From NCBI GenBank assembly GCA_964610315.1, contig CAZSVM010000012.1, forward strand, positions 4,089-68,088: a stretch of DNA of 64,000 nucleotides, in the 5' to 3' direction. This stretch comes from an uncultured Actinomycetota bacterium. GTDB taxonomy: Bacteria > Actinomycetota > Humimicrobiia > Humimicrobiales > Humimicrobiaceae. The notes beneath the pieces were generated by a model, which saw only the letters and a program-made list of their open reading frames with translations, made no database searches and had not been told where the DNA came from. The stretch's first letter is position 1; each line of letters opens with the position of its first letter. Position numbers and translations under genes: made by a program. Shown one piece after another: positions 43,198 to 54,500 of this stretch.

Positions 43198-44538
43198 TTA
43201 ATTTAAATCTTCCACCCTGATTACACTTAGAACTTTGCCTACTACATCCAGTTTTGATGTTTCTTTGATTGATTTGTACAAATTTTTATTGATAACTTCA
43301 TGGGTAATGAATATAAGTCTGGCACTTTTCTCCCTGCTGATTTGTTTTTGAACCATCGAATTAATGCTTACCTTATTTCTGCCGAATACTTCCGCAATCT
43401 TTGCCAGTACTCCGGGCCTGTCCACTACATCCATAAGAATATAGAATTTGCTCACTGTATCATCTATGGGTATGAACTTTTTATTTTCGAAACAACTACA
43501 GCCGTAAATTATCCCTTTCTTCTGGCGGTCGAAATTTCGGGCAATCTTTACGATATCTCCTACTATGGAACTTGCTGTGGGCCTATCCCCGGCACCCCTC
43601 CCATAACTCATAATCTCTCCCACATAATTACCATAAACATATACGGCATTAAAGGTGTCCTCGATGGAAGCAAGAATATGATCAGTAGGTATCAGAGCCG
43701 GATGAACCCTTACGCTTATCCTGCCGTTTTCTTCCATACCGATAGCCAGAAGCTTTATTCTATAACCCATATCCAGAGCATTTCTTATATCGTCCGGTAG
43801 GATATTGGTTATTCCTTCTTTATAGACATCGTTTAAGGTAACCCGTGAATTAAAAGCTATGGAACCCAATATGGCCAGCTTGCAGGCTGCATCATAACCC
43901 TCAATATCCGAGGACGGATTGGCCTTCTCCGCATATCCAAGTTCCTGGGCTTTTTTAAGAGCATTTTGGAATGATAAATTATCCTTCTCCATCCGGGTTA
44001 GTATATAATTGGTGGTCCCGTTAACTATCCCCACGATTTTGGTTATATTATTGGAAGCCAGAGAAGATTTAAGAGGTTCTATTATGGGTATACCTCCTCC
44101 CACACTGGCCTCAAATAATACATCCACATTATTCTTCTCTGCTGTCGATAGAAGTTCTCCACCCCTGTTGGCCATAAGATCCTTGTTGGCGGTTACTACA
44201 TATTTCCCGGCATTCAAAGATCGGCAGACGTAGTCATAAGCAGGGTTTATACCCCCGATAAGTTCAACAACTATATCGATATTTTTATCTTTTATAATAT
44301 CATCTGCATCACTGGTTACTTTTATATCCTTAGATCCCTTCAGTGAAGAATTTTTTATTTTTTTTAAATCTTTTTCCGCGACTCTTGTTATATTAATATT
44401 TTTCTTTATTTTTTTTGCCAGATAGCCCTTCTGCTCCCCAATGAGCGAAAAAACACCGCGGGCAATATATCCGAAACCAATTATGCCGATATTAATATTA
44501 TCCATATTTGTATTTTTATTTTTCATATAATTTGACAT
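43198..44538 (-). CDS. hom: Homoserine dehydrogenase
   Basis: NAD-binding N-terminus (IGIIGFGYIARGV), catalytic domain and C-terminal ACT domain; 446 aa. Confidence 0.9.
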   Translation of the reverse strand: MSNYMKNKNTNMDNINIGIIGFGYIARGVFSLIGEQKGYLAKKIKKNINITRVAEKDLKKIKNSSLKGSKDIKVTSDADDIIKDKNIDIVVELIGGINPAYDYVCRSLNAGKYVVTANKDLMANRGGELLSTAEKNNVDVLFEASVGGGIPIIEPLKSSLASNNITKIVGIVNGTTNYILTRMEKDNLSFQNALKKAQELGYAEKANPSSDIEGYDAACKLAILGSIAFNSRVTLNDVYKEGITNILPDDIRNALDMGYRIKLLAIGMEENGRISVRVHPALIPTDHILASIEDTFNAVYVYGNYVGEIMSYGRGAGDRPTASSIVGDIVKIARNFDRQKKGIIYGCSCFENKKFIPIDDTVSKFYILMDVVDRPGVLAKIAEVFGRNKVSINSMVQKQISREKSARLIFITHEVINKNLYKSIKETSKLDVVGKVLSVIRVEDLN

Positions 44539-45865
44539 CTCCCATCACCAAATCCTTATAAGTTTGCCTTTTTATCCAGGTCCAGCTTTTACCGTCTTCA
44601 ACGGCGACCACAGCACTCCTGGGCTGGCAGTTATAATTGCTTGACAAGACATAACCATAAGCACCGGTGGTTGCTACGACTATAAAATTACCGCTGGTAA
44701 CGAGCGGTAATTTTATGTCGTTAATTATCACATCGCTTTCACAATGTTTACCAACTATAGAATAATGCATTTTATCAGTTTCCTCGATATGTTTACTATC
44801 TTCCATTTTATTGGCAATATAGGCGCTATACCTGGCCTGATAAAGCATGGGTCTTATATTATCAGACATACCGCCGTCCACTAAAATATATTTTTTAGAG
44901 TCGTTAATTTCTTTAATCCCACCAACTTCATAAAGGGTAACTCCGGCATTTCCAATAATGGATCTTCCCGGCTCGATATAGAGCCGGTCCAGTTTGATAT
45001 CAAATTTCTTCTGGTATCTTATAATGGCGCTATGAACCAATTCAGCCAGGTCTTCTATACTGGAGGGTTCGTCTTCCGGAATATATTTAATACCCAATCC
45101 ACCCCCTATATCTATACCGGCTATGGATAGGCCCACTTTATCCTTAACCTCTTTTATAAACTTTATCATAATTTCAATCAGCTTGTCGTAGCAGGATAAA
45201 TTAAATATCTGCGAACCTAAATGGGCATTAATGCCGGTAAGTTCAAGCTGACTGTACTGCCCTGCTCTTTTTACTGCTTCCAGAGCCGCATTATTATGTA
45301 TACCAAAACCAAATTTGGAATCCATCTTCCCGGTCTGTATATATTCATGGGTACCTGCTTCGATCCCGGGATTGATTCTTAACATAATTTTTTGTTTTGT
45401 ATTACTTTCCCGACACAACTTACCCAGAGTTTCAAGTTCGCCAAAATTATCTACCATAAAGTACTCCACTTTATTTTCCAGTCCATATCGGATCTCTTCG
45501 ATAGATTTATTATTACCGTGAAAATATACCCTTTCAGCCGGAAAACCGCTGCCAAGGGCAATAAAAAGCTCTCCTCCCGAGGATACGTCCAGACCCAGGC
45601 CTTCCTCTTGCATAAGCTGGCACATGGCGGTACAAATAAATGCTTTGGTGGCGTAAATAATATCAGTATCAATATCAGAAAAATTAAAATTCTTCCTGTA
45701 ACTGCGGCATTGTTTTTTTATAGTGGCAATATCTATAATATACAGAGGCGTTCCATACTTTTTCTTTAATTCCAATATATCATTTCCACCAATAACCAGA
45801 TGACCTTTATCATTAATTTCCGAAGTCAGGGGAAGTATCATTTTATCTCCTCTTTTTATTCTCAC
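44516..45865 (-). CDS. lysA: Diaminopimelate decarboxylase
   Basis: Fold-III PLP decarboxylase with Lys motif (IIYATKAF); 449 aa; first gene of the lysA-hom-thrC operon. Confidence 0.85.
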   Translation of the reverse strand: MRIKRGDKMILPLTSEINDKGHLVIGGNDILELKKKYGTPLYIIDIATIKKQCRSYRKNFNFSDIDTDIIYATKAFICTAMCQLMQEEGLGLDVSSGGELFIALGSGFPAERVYFHGNNKSIEEIRYGLENKVEYFMVDNFGELETLGKLCRESNTKQKIMLRINPGIEAGTHEYIQTGKMDSKFGFGIHNNAALEAVKRAGQYSQLELTGINAHLGSQIFNLSCYDKLIEIMIKFIKEVKDKVGLSIAGIDIGGGLGIKYIPEDEPSSIEDLAELVHSAIIRYQKKFDIKLDRLYIEPGRSIIGNAGVTLYEVGGIKEINDSKKYILVDGGMSDNIRPMLYQARYSAYIANKMEDSKHIEETDKMHYSIVGKHCESDVIINDIKLPLVTSGNFIVVATTGAYGYVLSSNYNCQPRSAVVAVEDGKSWTWIKRQTYKDLVMGDVKLYEK

Positions 45866-45956
45866 TTTAAATTTTAACCCAGTATAGCAAATTCTATGTC
45901 AAATTATAGAACTAATTAAATTATTTAATTGAATATTAATCAAGATGTATTTTGCC

Positions 45957-47651
45957 TTACATCTTTTTGGGAGCACTAACTTTAAGCAGTTCAAGGGCAT
46001 TTTGCAGTACCTGTTTTACCAGCAAAATCAAAATAAATCTGTCCATATCCACTACTGTCTTATCTCCAGTCTCGTTTACCACTCTAAAATGATTATAGAA
46101 ATAATGGAATTCAGCCGCCAGCCGGTGTAAATACTGGGTTACCAGATAGGGGGCATTATTCCTGCAGCTGGTGTAAACCACATCCGGGTATAAAATCATT
46201 GTTTTTGCCAGTTTTCTCTCGCTTTTACTTTTAAACTCTAATTTTGAGGTATCCATTTTATCAAGAGAGAAATCATTCAGGTCCAGATTTTTCAAACCGG
46301 CTTCTTTTATCTTTTCCATAATGCTCTGGATACGGGCGTGCGCGTACTGAACATAAAAAACCGGGTTTTGATTCGATTTCTGCTTGGCAAGATTTATATC
46401 AAAATCCATAGGAGTATCGAAGGAACTCATACTGAAAAAATATCTTACCGCGTCTTTTCCTACCTCCTCTATCAAATTCCTTAAAGTATAAAAATCACCT
46501 TTCCTCCTGGACATTTTTAGAGAGCGCCCCTTATCTACTATTTTTACCAGCTGCCCTATTATTATCAATATTCTATCTTCTTCCAATCCCAGGGCTCTTC
46601 CGATTGCTTTCAATCTATCCACATAACCGTGGTGATCCGCTCCTAAAATATACAAAATTTTATGGTAATCTCTTTTCACTTTATTTATTAAATACAATAT
46701 ATCCGAAGCAAAATAAGTAGGATTTCCATCTTTTCTTATTATTACTCTATCCTTATCATCCGCATAACGGGAAGTTCTGAACCATAATGCGTCCTCTTTC
46801 CGGTAAACCAGATCCTTACTTTTTAAATCTGCCATTACTTTCTGGAAGTTCGAATTCTCATACAAAGAGCTTTCATAAAACCATCGGTCATACTCCACAC
46901 CCATTAATGCCAGCGTTTCACCTATATAGGAAACCATGATTTTTATTATCTCTTTTTTAAACCGTTCCTTATCTACTTCTTTTTCCCCGTTTTTCTCGAC
47001 CATAAACCGGTCATGGTAACTATCTATCAGCTTTTCAACCGCTACGGACACTACTTCTTCCGGATATCCGTCTTCAGGATAAGGGGTTTCCCGGTCGAAA
47101 TGCTTTAAATAAATACATCTTGCACAGTCGCTGAATCTTTCTACCTGGGTTCCATAATCGTTGACATAATACTCCCTGAATACTTCATATCCGTTGGCAG
47201 CATAAATATTTGCCAGATTGTCCCCTAAAACCCCCCATCTGCCGTGCCCTATATGAAGATAGCCGGTAGGATTGGAGCTTACATATTCCAGCTGTACACT
47301 TTCTCCCTTACCGCTCCTGTTGAATCCAAACTTTTCCTTTCCGGTTATTATTTCCTTTAGAGTCTCTTTTATAAATTCATCCTTCAAATCAAAATTGATA
47401 AATCCGGGCTTTACCACACTTATATGGCTAACCTGATCCCACTTAGAAATTAACTCTTCCTTAAGCTTTTCCGCAATTTCCATAGGATTTTTCCTTAAAG
47501 CCGGCGCCAGTACCATAGCCGCATTTGTGGAAAGATCTCCAAATTTTTCATTTTTTGGCTCTTCTACGACCAGTTTATCCAGGCCAGGCTTGACCTCAGC
47601 CAACCGGCTGATATGTTTAAGGATTTTTTGTTTTAATTCATTTATTATCAA
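45957..47651 (-). CDS. argS: Arginine--tRNA ligase
   Basis: Class I HIGH motif (TGYLHIGHGRWG), DALR anticodon-binding C-terminus; 564 aa. Confidence 0.95.
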   Translation of the reverse strand: MIINELKQKILKHISRLAEVKPGLDKLVVEEPKNEKFGDLSTNAAMVLAPALRKNPMEIAEKLKEELISKWDQVSHISVVKPGFINFDLKDEFIKETLKEIITGKEKFGFNRSGKGESVQLEYVSSNPTGYLHIGHGRWGVLGDNLANIYAANGYEVFREYYVNDYGTQVERFSDCARCIYLKHFDRETPYPEDGYPEEVVSVAVEKLIDSYHDRFMVEKNGEKEVDKERFKKEIIKIMVSYIGETLALMGVEYDRWFYESSLYENSNFQKVMADLKSKDLVYRKEDALWFRTSRYADDKDRVIIRKDGNPTYFASDILYLINKVKRDYHKILYILGADHHGYVDRLKAIGRALGLEEDRILIIIGQLVKIVDKGRSLKMSRRKGDFYTLRNLIEEVGKDAVRYFFSMSSFDTPMDFDINLAKQKSNQNPVFYVQYAHARIQSIMEKIKEAGLKNLDLNDFSLDKMDTSKLEFKSKSERKLAKTMILYPDVVYTSCRNNAPYLVTQYLHRLAAEFHYFYNHFRVVNETGDKTVVDMDRFILILLVKQVLQNALELLKVSAPKKM

Positions 47652-47683
47652 TGGCTGCTCTCTTACTATCTGTTATCTTATAT

Positions 47684-47759
47684 TGGAGCCGACGACCGGA
47701 CTTGAACCGGTAACCTGCTCATTACGAATGAGCTGCTCTACCAGTTGAGCTACATCGGC
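47684..47759 (-). tRNA. tRNA-Thr (anticodon CGU), CCA encoded
   Basis: Hand-folded cloverleaf: acceptor GCCGATG/CGTCGGC with one G-U pair, D stem GCTC/GAGC, anticodon stem GCTCA/TGAGC with loop TTCGTAA (anticodon CGT, A37), T arm ACCGG-TTCAAGT-CCGGT, discriminator U then CCA. Confidence 0.85.
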
Positions 47760-47784
47760 AAATCGATTTAAATATACGGTATTT

Positions 47785-48675
47785 TCAGGTATCCTGCGGG
47801 TTAATTTTACCGTTATCCTCCATACTGCTTTCCTCTCCGGCATCCCCTTTGATTTCTACTCTCTCATTGGTAACCTCCACTTCCGAAAGAGGAACGGATT
47901 TTCTGGTTTCATTATCGAATTCCACGATTATGGATTTCTTTAAAGGATCATATCCGCATACTCCGCCGCAGCCATGGCTGCATTTCACTTTTATTCCCCT
48001 CTCCGGCGCGCTTTCAATAAATTCCTTATAGGAATCATATTCATATTTCAAGCAGCACATTAATCTTCCGCAGACGCCTGATATTTTAAAGGGGTTTAAA
48101 GGAAGATTCTGATCCTTGGCCATTTTTATGGAGATCGATTCAAAATCGGTTAAAAAGCTTTTACAGCACAGATTCATTCCACAGGGACCCAGCCCCCCTA
48201 CTATTTTTGCTTCATCTCTTACTCCAATCTGCCGCAGCTCTATCCTCATCTTAAAGAAGGTGGCCAGTTCCTTTACCATTTCCCTGAAATCAACTCTTTT
48301 TTCCGATGTAAAATAAAATATCATTTTACTCTTATCGAACATTACATGTACATTTACCAGTTTCATTTTGAGTTTGTATTTTTCGGCCAGCTGGCTGAAT
48401 TCCTCGAATCCTTTTTTTTCTTTGTCACGGTTTAATTCATCCACAGACAGATCGTAATAAGTTGCTTTTCTTATTACTCTATTTAAAGGATTGATAATTT
48501 CGCTCTCACTTATGTCAACCGGAGGTGCGACCACTTCTCCGATTTCTTTTGTTCCCTCCTCAATATGACAGATGACTTTATCTCCGACCCCTAACTTAAT
48601 TCCGGCAGGGTCATAGTAGCGTATAGTATCACTTCTTCTAAACATTACTCCTACAATCAAAGACATAGCTTTCAC
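47785..48675 (-). CDS. ricT: PSP1 C-terminal domain protein (YaaT/RicT-like)
   Basis: 296 aa PSP1-domain sequence; conserved position downstream of holB and tmk as in Bacillus. Confidence 0.8.
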   Translation of the reverse strand: MKAMSLIVGVMFRRSDTIRYYDPAGIKLGVGDKVICHIEEGTKEIGEVVAPPVDISESEIINPLNRVIRKATYYDLSVDELNRDKEKKGFEEFSQLAEKYKLKMKLVNVHVMFDKSKMIFYFTSEKRVDFREMVKELATFFKMRIELRQIGVRDEAKIVGGLGPCGMNLCCKSFLTDFESISIKMAKDQNLPLNPFKISGVCGRLMCCLKYEYDSYKEFIESAPERGIKVKCSHGCGGVCGYDPLKKSIIVEFDNETRKSVPLSEVEVTNERVEIKGDAGEESSMEDNGKINPQDT

Positions 48676-48678
48676 CTC

Positions 48679-49746
48679 TTATCTATATATGTTCCGAAGC
48701 TGAAGGAAAATATTGTCCAGAGCTAACTCGGAATTAATAGAATAGTTAAGATAGCTCTTATTTACTTTTATCACTTCCATCAATCCAAAGATTTTATCTA
48801 TTTTAACATTTTCGATATTCCTGCCTATAAAAGAATAATTATTTTTAAAATTCAGGTTTATCTCTCCCGCTCCGAATTTTACTGCAAGAATATCTTCAAG
48901 CCAGGCAGATATTATATCAAAAATTCTGCTCATAACTAAATTATGGAATTTATTTACTTTTCTTTTATGCCTCGATTTCAAAATCTCCAAATATTTACTT
49001 ATATCGCTTTTATCGAAATCAATTTTTTTCACTTCGGTAAGTTCTTTTTCCAGATCTGTTTTAACGGCAGCTTCCATTTTTTTAAGTACCTCAATCAATT
49101 TTAAGGTAAGATTTAAAGATAGGGCAGAAGTCCCCGTACCGCCCATTTCAAGGGCCAACATATTTCCAATACCTTCATTCAAATATTTATCTATCACCTT
49201 AAAATCAGCCTTATTCTGAGTATTTTCATCGAATTTGAAATTCCAGCAGTAGACCAGGCATCTTGATATGACGGTGGGAAGCATCACCGATATATCCTCA
49301 GTCAGTAGTATGAATATACTATTATTATCCGGAGGGTCTTCCAGAGTTTTAAGCAGTCTGTTGGCAGCTTCCTGATTCATCAATTCGGATTCTTTAATAA
49401 TACATACTTTTTTCCCCGGATTATAAGAGCTCAGCCCCATAAATTTTTGCAGTCTGGCAATTTCTTCTATTCTTAATATATTGCCTTCCGGTTCTACAAT
49501 CAAAACATTGGGGTACACCCCCCGGACTGTGTTCCTGCAAACCGAACAGTTTCCACATCCATTTTCGGGGCAATTAATGGAAGCGGCAAATTCCAGGGCA
49601 AGTCTGGAAAGAAGCTCCATGCTATTTCCGTAAAAAAGGTAGGCATGCGAGATATTGTCTCTTTCTATCATTCTTGAAAGTGACTTTATATTTGATTGAT
49701 TAATATCATTCTCAATTAAAAAATCGATATTTCCCGGTATTTTCAT
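48679..49746 (-). CDS. holB: DNA polymerase III delta-prime subunit
   Basis: AAA+-like clamp-loader fold, 355 aa; tmk-holB-ricT synteny. Confidence 0.8.
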   Translation of the reverse strand: MKIPGNIDFLIENDINQSNIKSLSRMIERDNISHAYLFYGNSMELLSRLALEFAASINCPENGCGNCSVCRNTVRGVYPNVLIVEPEGNILRIEEIARLQKFMGLSSYNPGKKVCIIKESELMNQEAANRLLKTLEDPPDNNSIFILLTEDISVMLPTVISRCLVYCWNFKFDENTQNKADFKVIDKYLNEGIGNMLALEMGGTGTSALSLNLTLKLIEVLKKMEAAVKTDLEKELTEVKKIDFDKSDISKYLEILKSRHKRKVNKFHNLVMSRIFDIISAWLEDILAVKFGAGEINLNFKNNYSFIGRNIENVKIDKIFGLMEVIKVNKSYLNYSINSELALDNIFLQLRNIYR

Positions 49747-50381
49747 TTCATACTTTCCAGACGCATATAAACCTTGCTTTTTATTTCTTCAAAGATGCTT
49801 TCAACGCTCTTCTCTCCGTCAATGACCACGAACCTTTCTTTATTTTCCCCGGAAACATTCAGATACCCTCTGTAAATTTTTTGCTTGAATTCATCCTCTT
49901 CCAGTTCGATTCTATCTCTTTTTTTATTTGCATGATCCATCCTCTTCTTACCCCCGCTTACCTTTACCAGAAGCAAAAAAGTTATATCAGGCACCAGGCC
50001 GCCACTGGCCCACAGACTCATCTCCAGAACCTGTTTTTCACCCAGCCCTCTGCCTATGCCCTGGTAAACTACTGTGGAGTCAAAGAACCGGTCGCAGATT
50101 ACAATCTTCCCCTTTTCTAAAGCCGGTACTATCACTTTTGAGGCCAGCTCTGCTCTGGAAGCTAAAAAGAGAAAGGTCTCGGCCTTTGGAGATATATCCA
50201 GATTTCCTTTAACCAGAAGAATCTTTCTGATTTTCTGGCCTATTTCCGTTCCGCCGGGTTCTACGGTAACCATTACCTCGAAACCTTTACTTTTAAGATA
50301 ATCTCTTAAAAGCTTTATCTGGGTAGTTTTCCCTGACCCATCGGGCCCTTCAAAAGTTATGAATAATCCTTTTTTCATCAT
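49743..50381 (-). CDS. tmk: Thymidylate kinase
   Basis: P-loop FEGPDGSGKTTQ, 212 aa. Confidence 0.9.
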   Translation of the reverse strand: MMKKGLFITFEGPDGSGKTTQIKLLRDYLKSKGFEVMVTVEPGGTEIGQKIRKILLVKGNLDISPKAETFLFLASRAELASKVIVPALEKGKIVICDRFFDSTVVYQGIGRGLGEKQVLEMSLWASGGLVPDITFLLLVKVSGGKKRMDHANKKRDRIELEEDEFKQKIYRGYLNVSGENKERFVVIDGEKSVESIFEEIKSKVYMRLESMK

Positions 50382-50532
50382 GAATTAATGAAACAGCCAT
50401 TTTTTAACCGAACAGCGTATAAACTGAATAATCGTATATTACATATTCTATTTTTTTAATATCTGCCAGATTCTCCCTAATGATAATATTATCTTTAGTT
50501 AATAATATCTTAATAGCAGGAAATTTAAAACT

Positions 50533-51003
50533 TTAATACGAATTTTTGAATTCGGATAATAACAGAACGGAACAATCTTCTTTTCCGGCATTCAATTTCA
50601 GTTTTCTGTCGGCAGTTACAAGCGGGCAATCAAGCGACCTGGATAGCGCCAGATATAAGGAATCGTAAATGGAATTCTTAATTTTCCTTGACAACTCAAA
50701 AGCTTTTTTCTGAACCGTAATATCGGTGTTGATAATAAAAATAATGTCATTCAGTTCCGATAGCATATCAGCTATTTTCACTGCCGGAATTTCCAACTTA
50801 AAAACAAAGAAGTTCAGAATTTCATAAATCACTAAATCGGGTGAAGCAACAATTATCTCATCCTTTATAATCTTGTCATGAATACGATTAGCAATCTCAA
50901 GATCAGCCTCATTTTCAAAATAGTACCATTTTATAATTACGGAGGCATCAAGAATATATTTTCTCCTTATATCTTCTTTAATTAAAAATTCCTTTAATTC
51001 CAT
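50533..51003 (-). CDS. vapC: PIN-domain toxin (VapC family)
   Basis: 156 aa; ILDASVIIKW N-terminal PIN acidic motif, C-terminal ...TAD acidic positions. Confidence 0.7.
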   Translation of the reverse strand: MELKEFLIKEDIRRKYILDASVIIKWYYFENEADLEIANRIHDKIIKDEIIVASPDLVIYEILNFFVFKLEIPAVKIADMLSELNDIIFIINTDITVQKKAFELSRKIKNSIYDSLYLALSRSLDCPLVTADRKLKLNAGKEDCSVLLLSEFKNSY

Positions 51004-51312
51004 CTACTTTCCGGTAACTCTCTTTTTTATCTCTTGGCCGCGCTCCAGCCTCATTTTCCTTAACTCTTCCGTTACATCGACTTTTTCTTTTACGGAAGCC
51101 AGTTTCATTATCTCATTTCTGGTTTTTTTTAGTCTCTCTACCGCCTTTTTTTTACGTTCCGCAGCCAGCTCCGATTCAATAGTATTGAAATAAATTTTTG
51201 CTGCATCTATTATAAACCGGGATCTTGTAATATTTTTAATTTTCTTATATCTGTCTATCTCTTCCAGGAAATCTTCAGGAATCGATACATTAATTTTCAC
51301 CATTATGGCCAC
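51004..51312 (-). CDS. vapB: Ribbon-helix-helix type antitoxin (VapB-like)
   Basis: 102 aa; N-terminal beta strand plus helices (VKINVSIPEDFLEEIDRYKK..SRFIIDAAKIY); abuts the PIN gene with no gap. Confidence 0.55.
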   Translation of the reverse strand: MAIMVKINVSIPEDFLEEIDRYKKIKNITRSRFIIDAAKIYFNTIESELAAERKKKAVERLKKTRNEIMKLASVKEKVDVTEELRKMRLERGQEIKKRVTGK

Positions 51313-51374
51313 CTTAAAGAATATTAATTGATATAATTAATTCCATTCAAAATTATATTCTCAATCCAATAATA

Positions 51375-51392
51375 TGTAAATATAAATTTACA
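51375..51392 (-). promoter_or_regulatory. Perfect palindrome TGTAAAT-ATAA-ATTTACA upstream of the RHH antitoxin (candidate autoregulatory operator)
   Basis: 18-bp inverted repeat, 63 nt upstream of the antitoxin start. Confidence 0.3.
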
Positions 51393-51566
51393 TCTTTTTA
51401 GGTATAAGTTTAGGGTTAAAAATAGGGGGACAATTCCTAAAAAGTATTAAAAGCTAAAAACATCAAGCCTGCAGTTTTTATGGTGCCTTTAACTCTCGAT
51501 TCTAAAATAATATTCGCCTTGATAAGTAATGTTTAGATTTTCCTTGCTGCAGGAGAAGGTTCTCTT

Positions 51567-54500
51567 TTACCGCTTATTCTTTTCCATATATTGTCTGGCC
51601 TGATACATGAAAGCTTCCAGGCGGGTTTCCGTTGTCTCCTGTTCCAGACCATCAAAAGCAAGATTTAACCAGGGTATTTTATATTTTTCCCTGATTCTCT
51701 TAGATACAGCATTAACCAGATTTCCGGGAATACAGGTAAAGGGCAGCACATTTATAATTCCATGGGCACCGCTTTCGATCCAGTCTACCGATTTTCCAAT
51801 ACTGAGAGCCGCCTCCCCGAACCACTTTATTATATAAGGTTCGGCATTATCCCATATCTGGTAAATATCGGCTTCCCTGTCTTCCCTCAGGAAACCCTCC
51901 AGCGGTTTTTCCAGCCTGTGATGGCAATACTGCAGGAATTTATTGAGTATTCTGTTGGAAACATAAAATTTTATTCCCCTCATAAAATCTCCGGCAAGTT
52001 CGGCCCGCTGTTTTCTGTAGTTACCGTTATTTTCACCGCCGTTACCATTCATTCCAAATGATTTTATAATTTTATAATAGAGATCCGTTTGTTTGGTTAT
52101 AATATCTATCTTTCTGGTAGCAGTGGTATGGAAAGGCCACTCCCCGAAGGGAGGAATCTCCACTTCTCCGCCCAGCGCCTCCACTTCCTTTATAATTTCA
52201 TTATTACTGTAAGGATGGTTCCTTACGAATATCTCTCCTACTATTCCAATCAGGGGTTTGTTTACTTTCTTAACCGATATTTTTTCAAAATCTTTTCTGG
52301 CGTTTTTAAGGATACCGGTCATTTTATTTAAAATCCTGATTGTGGAATCGTTCTCTATGGACCGGCAAACCTCTTCTATATATTTCCGGTAAATTTCATC
52401 CGTTTCTCCCTTTTTGATTTCATAGGGTCTTGTTTTCCTCAGCATCTTATTCAGATAATCTACGGTAAAAATACCAAACATTCCCTTCAAGGCCAGTATA
52501 ATTCCCCTCAATCCCTCCATGTCATATTCTCTGTAAAACTGGTTGTTTTCGGGAGCTCCGGGGGCAATTATGGGTACGTCCTGGTAGCCCAATTCCCTGA
52601 TTATAATTTTCTGCATTTTATTGTATTGTCCGAAACGGCAGGGACCATAGGTCTGGGCCATCAAAAAAGCTGTTTTCCTAGGATCATTATGTTCCAATGT
52701 CTTTATAATGTCTCCGGTAGTTATAATAAAGGGGTAGCATTCCTTTCCCAGCGTATATCTCCTGCCCAGCTTAAGGGTTTCGTCATCCGAATATAACATC
52801 TCGGCATCGATACCTGCTGATTTGAAAGCATATTTCAAAACAATAGCTCCGTCTCCCATGTATGGTATGTATAATTTCCTGCCCTCGCTTTTCTTGAAGA
52901 CAGCATCTTTTTTCTCCGATTTTACCTGCTCCTGTAAATGATCATGCTTATTTTTCACATTCATCAGGGAATCTATGAATGCTTCGCACCGGGTTATAAC
53001 TCCCGCACCGGCGGAGTGCTCATCTACTTCCAGCTTTAAAAAGGGCCTTTTCATTTCTCTCTCAAAATATTGGAGTATAAAAGAATCGGGTCCGCAGCCG
53101 AAATTGGTAATATAAACGGCATAGAGCCTTTCGTCCCGGTTAATTATACTGGCTGCGCTCATAATCCTGTCCCCGAATTCCCAGTATAGATTGGGCCATT
53201 GTTTCGAAATGTCGACGGAATCCACCGGAAGGTAATCAAGGGGAATCACTTTAAAGCCAAGCTCCCTCAATTTTTTGGGAACATCCATGCTGACTGCCCG
53301 GTCGCAGCTGTTATAGGACCGGCTGGATATTACAATGGCAACTTCATCATCCTTTAAATTGTCCAGTATTTCCTTACCTCTATTTCTAATGAACCGGTAA
53401 AATTTATTCTGGGCAGAATAGGCCTCTTTTATTGCTTTTTTTATCGATTTTTTATCCTTTCCCAGTTCTTTTCCCAGACCGGTCAGTTGTTTTTCCTTAA
53501 TATATTCCCTGAAGCTGAAGTTAAGAATAGGAGTAAGCACCTTAACTTCTCCGGTATCCATGGCAGATTTCACCACTGACCAGGCACCCTGAATAAAAGG
53601 ACAGGGATAGCTTCCGGTCCGGTCCCCTTTGATATTATTTTCTTTGGTGGGCATATCCCTGGTGGTGGGCAAAAACAGGTAGTCTACCCCCTTTTCCAGA
53701 AGATTCTGCACGTGTCCCAGCATAGTTTTCATTGGAAAACAGGTTTCGGCTACCGAATACTGAAGCCCGTCATTAATTATTTTTTTATTGGTACTGTCCG
53801 ATAGGATGAGGTCAAAACCAAGTTCGGAAAAGAACGCGCTCCAGAAGGGGTAGAATTCGTGGGTAAGCATGGAATAAGGGATACCCACTCTTTCCGCCCC
53901 CTTATTATCTTTGGGTTTATAGGAATTCAGGAGAAAATTTTCACGTTCGGCAAAATAGTCCGGTATATCATTTCCGCCAGATTTTCCTTTTTCGTATTTT
54001 TCGCAGCGGCCTCCGTAAAACAGCGGAGCCTGCCCTTTAATAGAAACCTTTTTTATTTCGCACCGGTTGGGACATCCATTGCATTCGAAGGAGCTGTGAG
54101 TGTAATTGACTGCGGATATGTTTTCGAATCCCCTGAATTTTGTATTTTGGCAGGAACCTTCCAGTACCGTAATTGCAGTTCCGATTGCCCCAGTTACTTC
54201 ATGATTTTCGGGTACTATTACTTCCTTACCCAGATAATTTTTAAAAGCAGCTATAACCGACCTATTATAGGCAACTGCGCCCTGAAAAAAAATCTTATTA
54301 CCTATTTTTTTTCTTCCCACCACTCTGTTTATATAATTCATGGCAATAGAATAGGCAAGGCCGGCCAGAATATCCTCTATGCCTGCTCCTTTTTGATAGT
54401 GGGAATAAACGTTGGTCTCCATAAAAACGGTACAGCGCTCTCCCAGGTTTAAGGGATTTTTTGCTTTAAGTGCAATGTCGCCAAAATCTTCGATTTTTAT

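Noticed and set aside
47684-47759. Possibility that the tRNA upstream of argS is a tRNA-Arg (suggesting a T-box or autoregulatory arrangement)
   Set aside because: The hand-folded anticodon loop is UUCGUAA, giving anticodon CGU. That decodes ACG (Thr). It is not an Arg anticodon.
53859-54452. 197-aa plus-strand ORF
   Set aside because: It lies antisense inside the 1429-aa activase gene. It has no motifs and a hydrophobic low-complexity translation.
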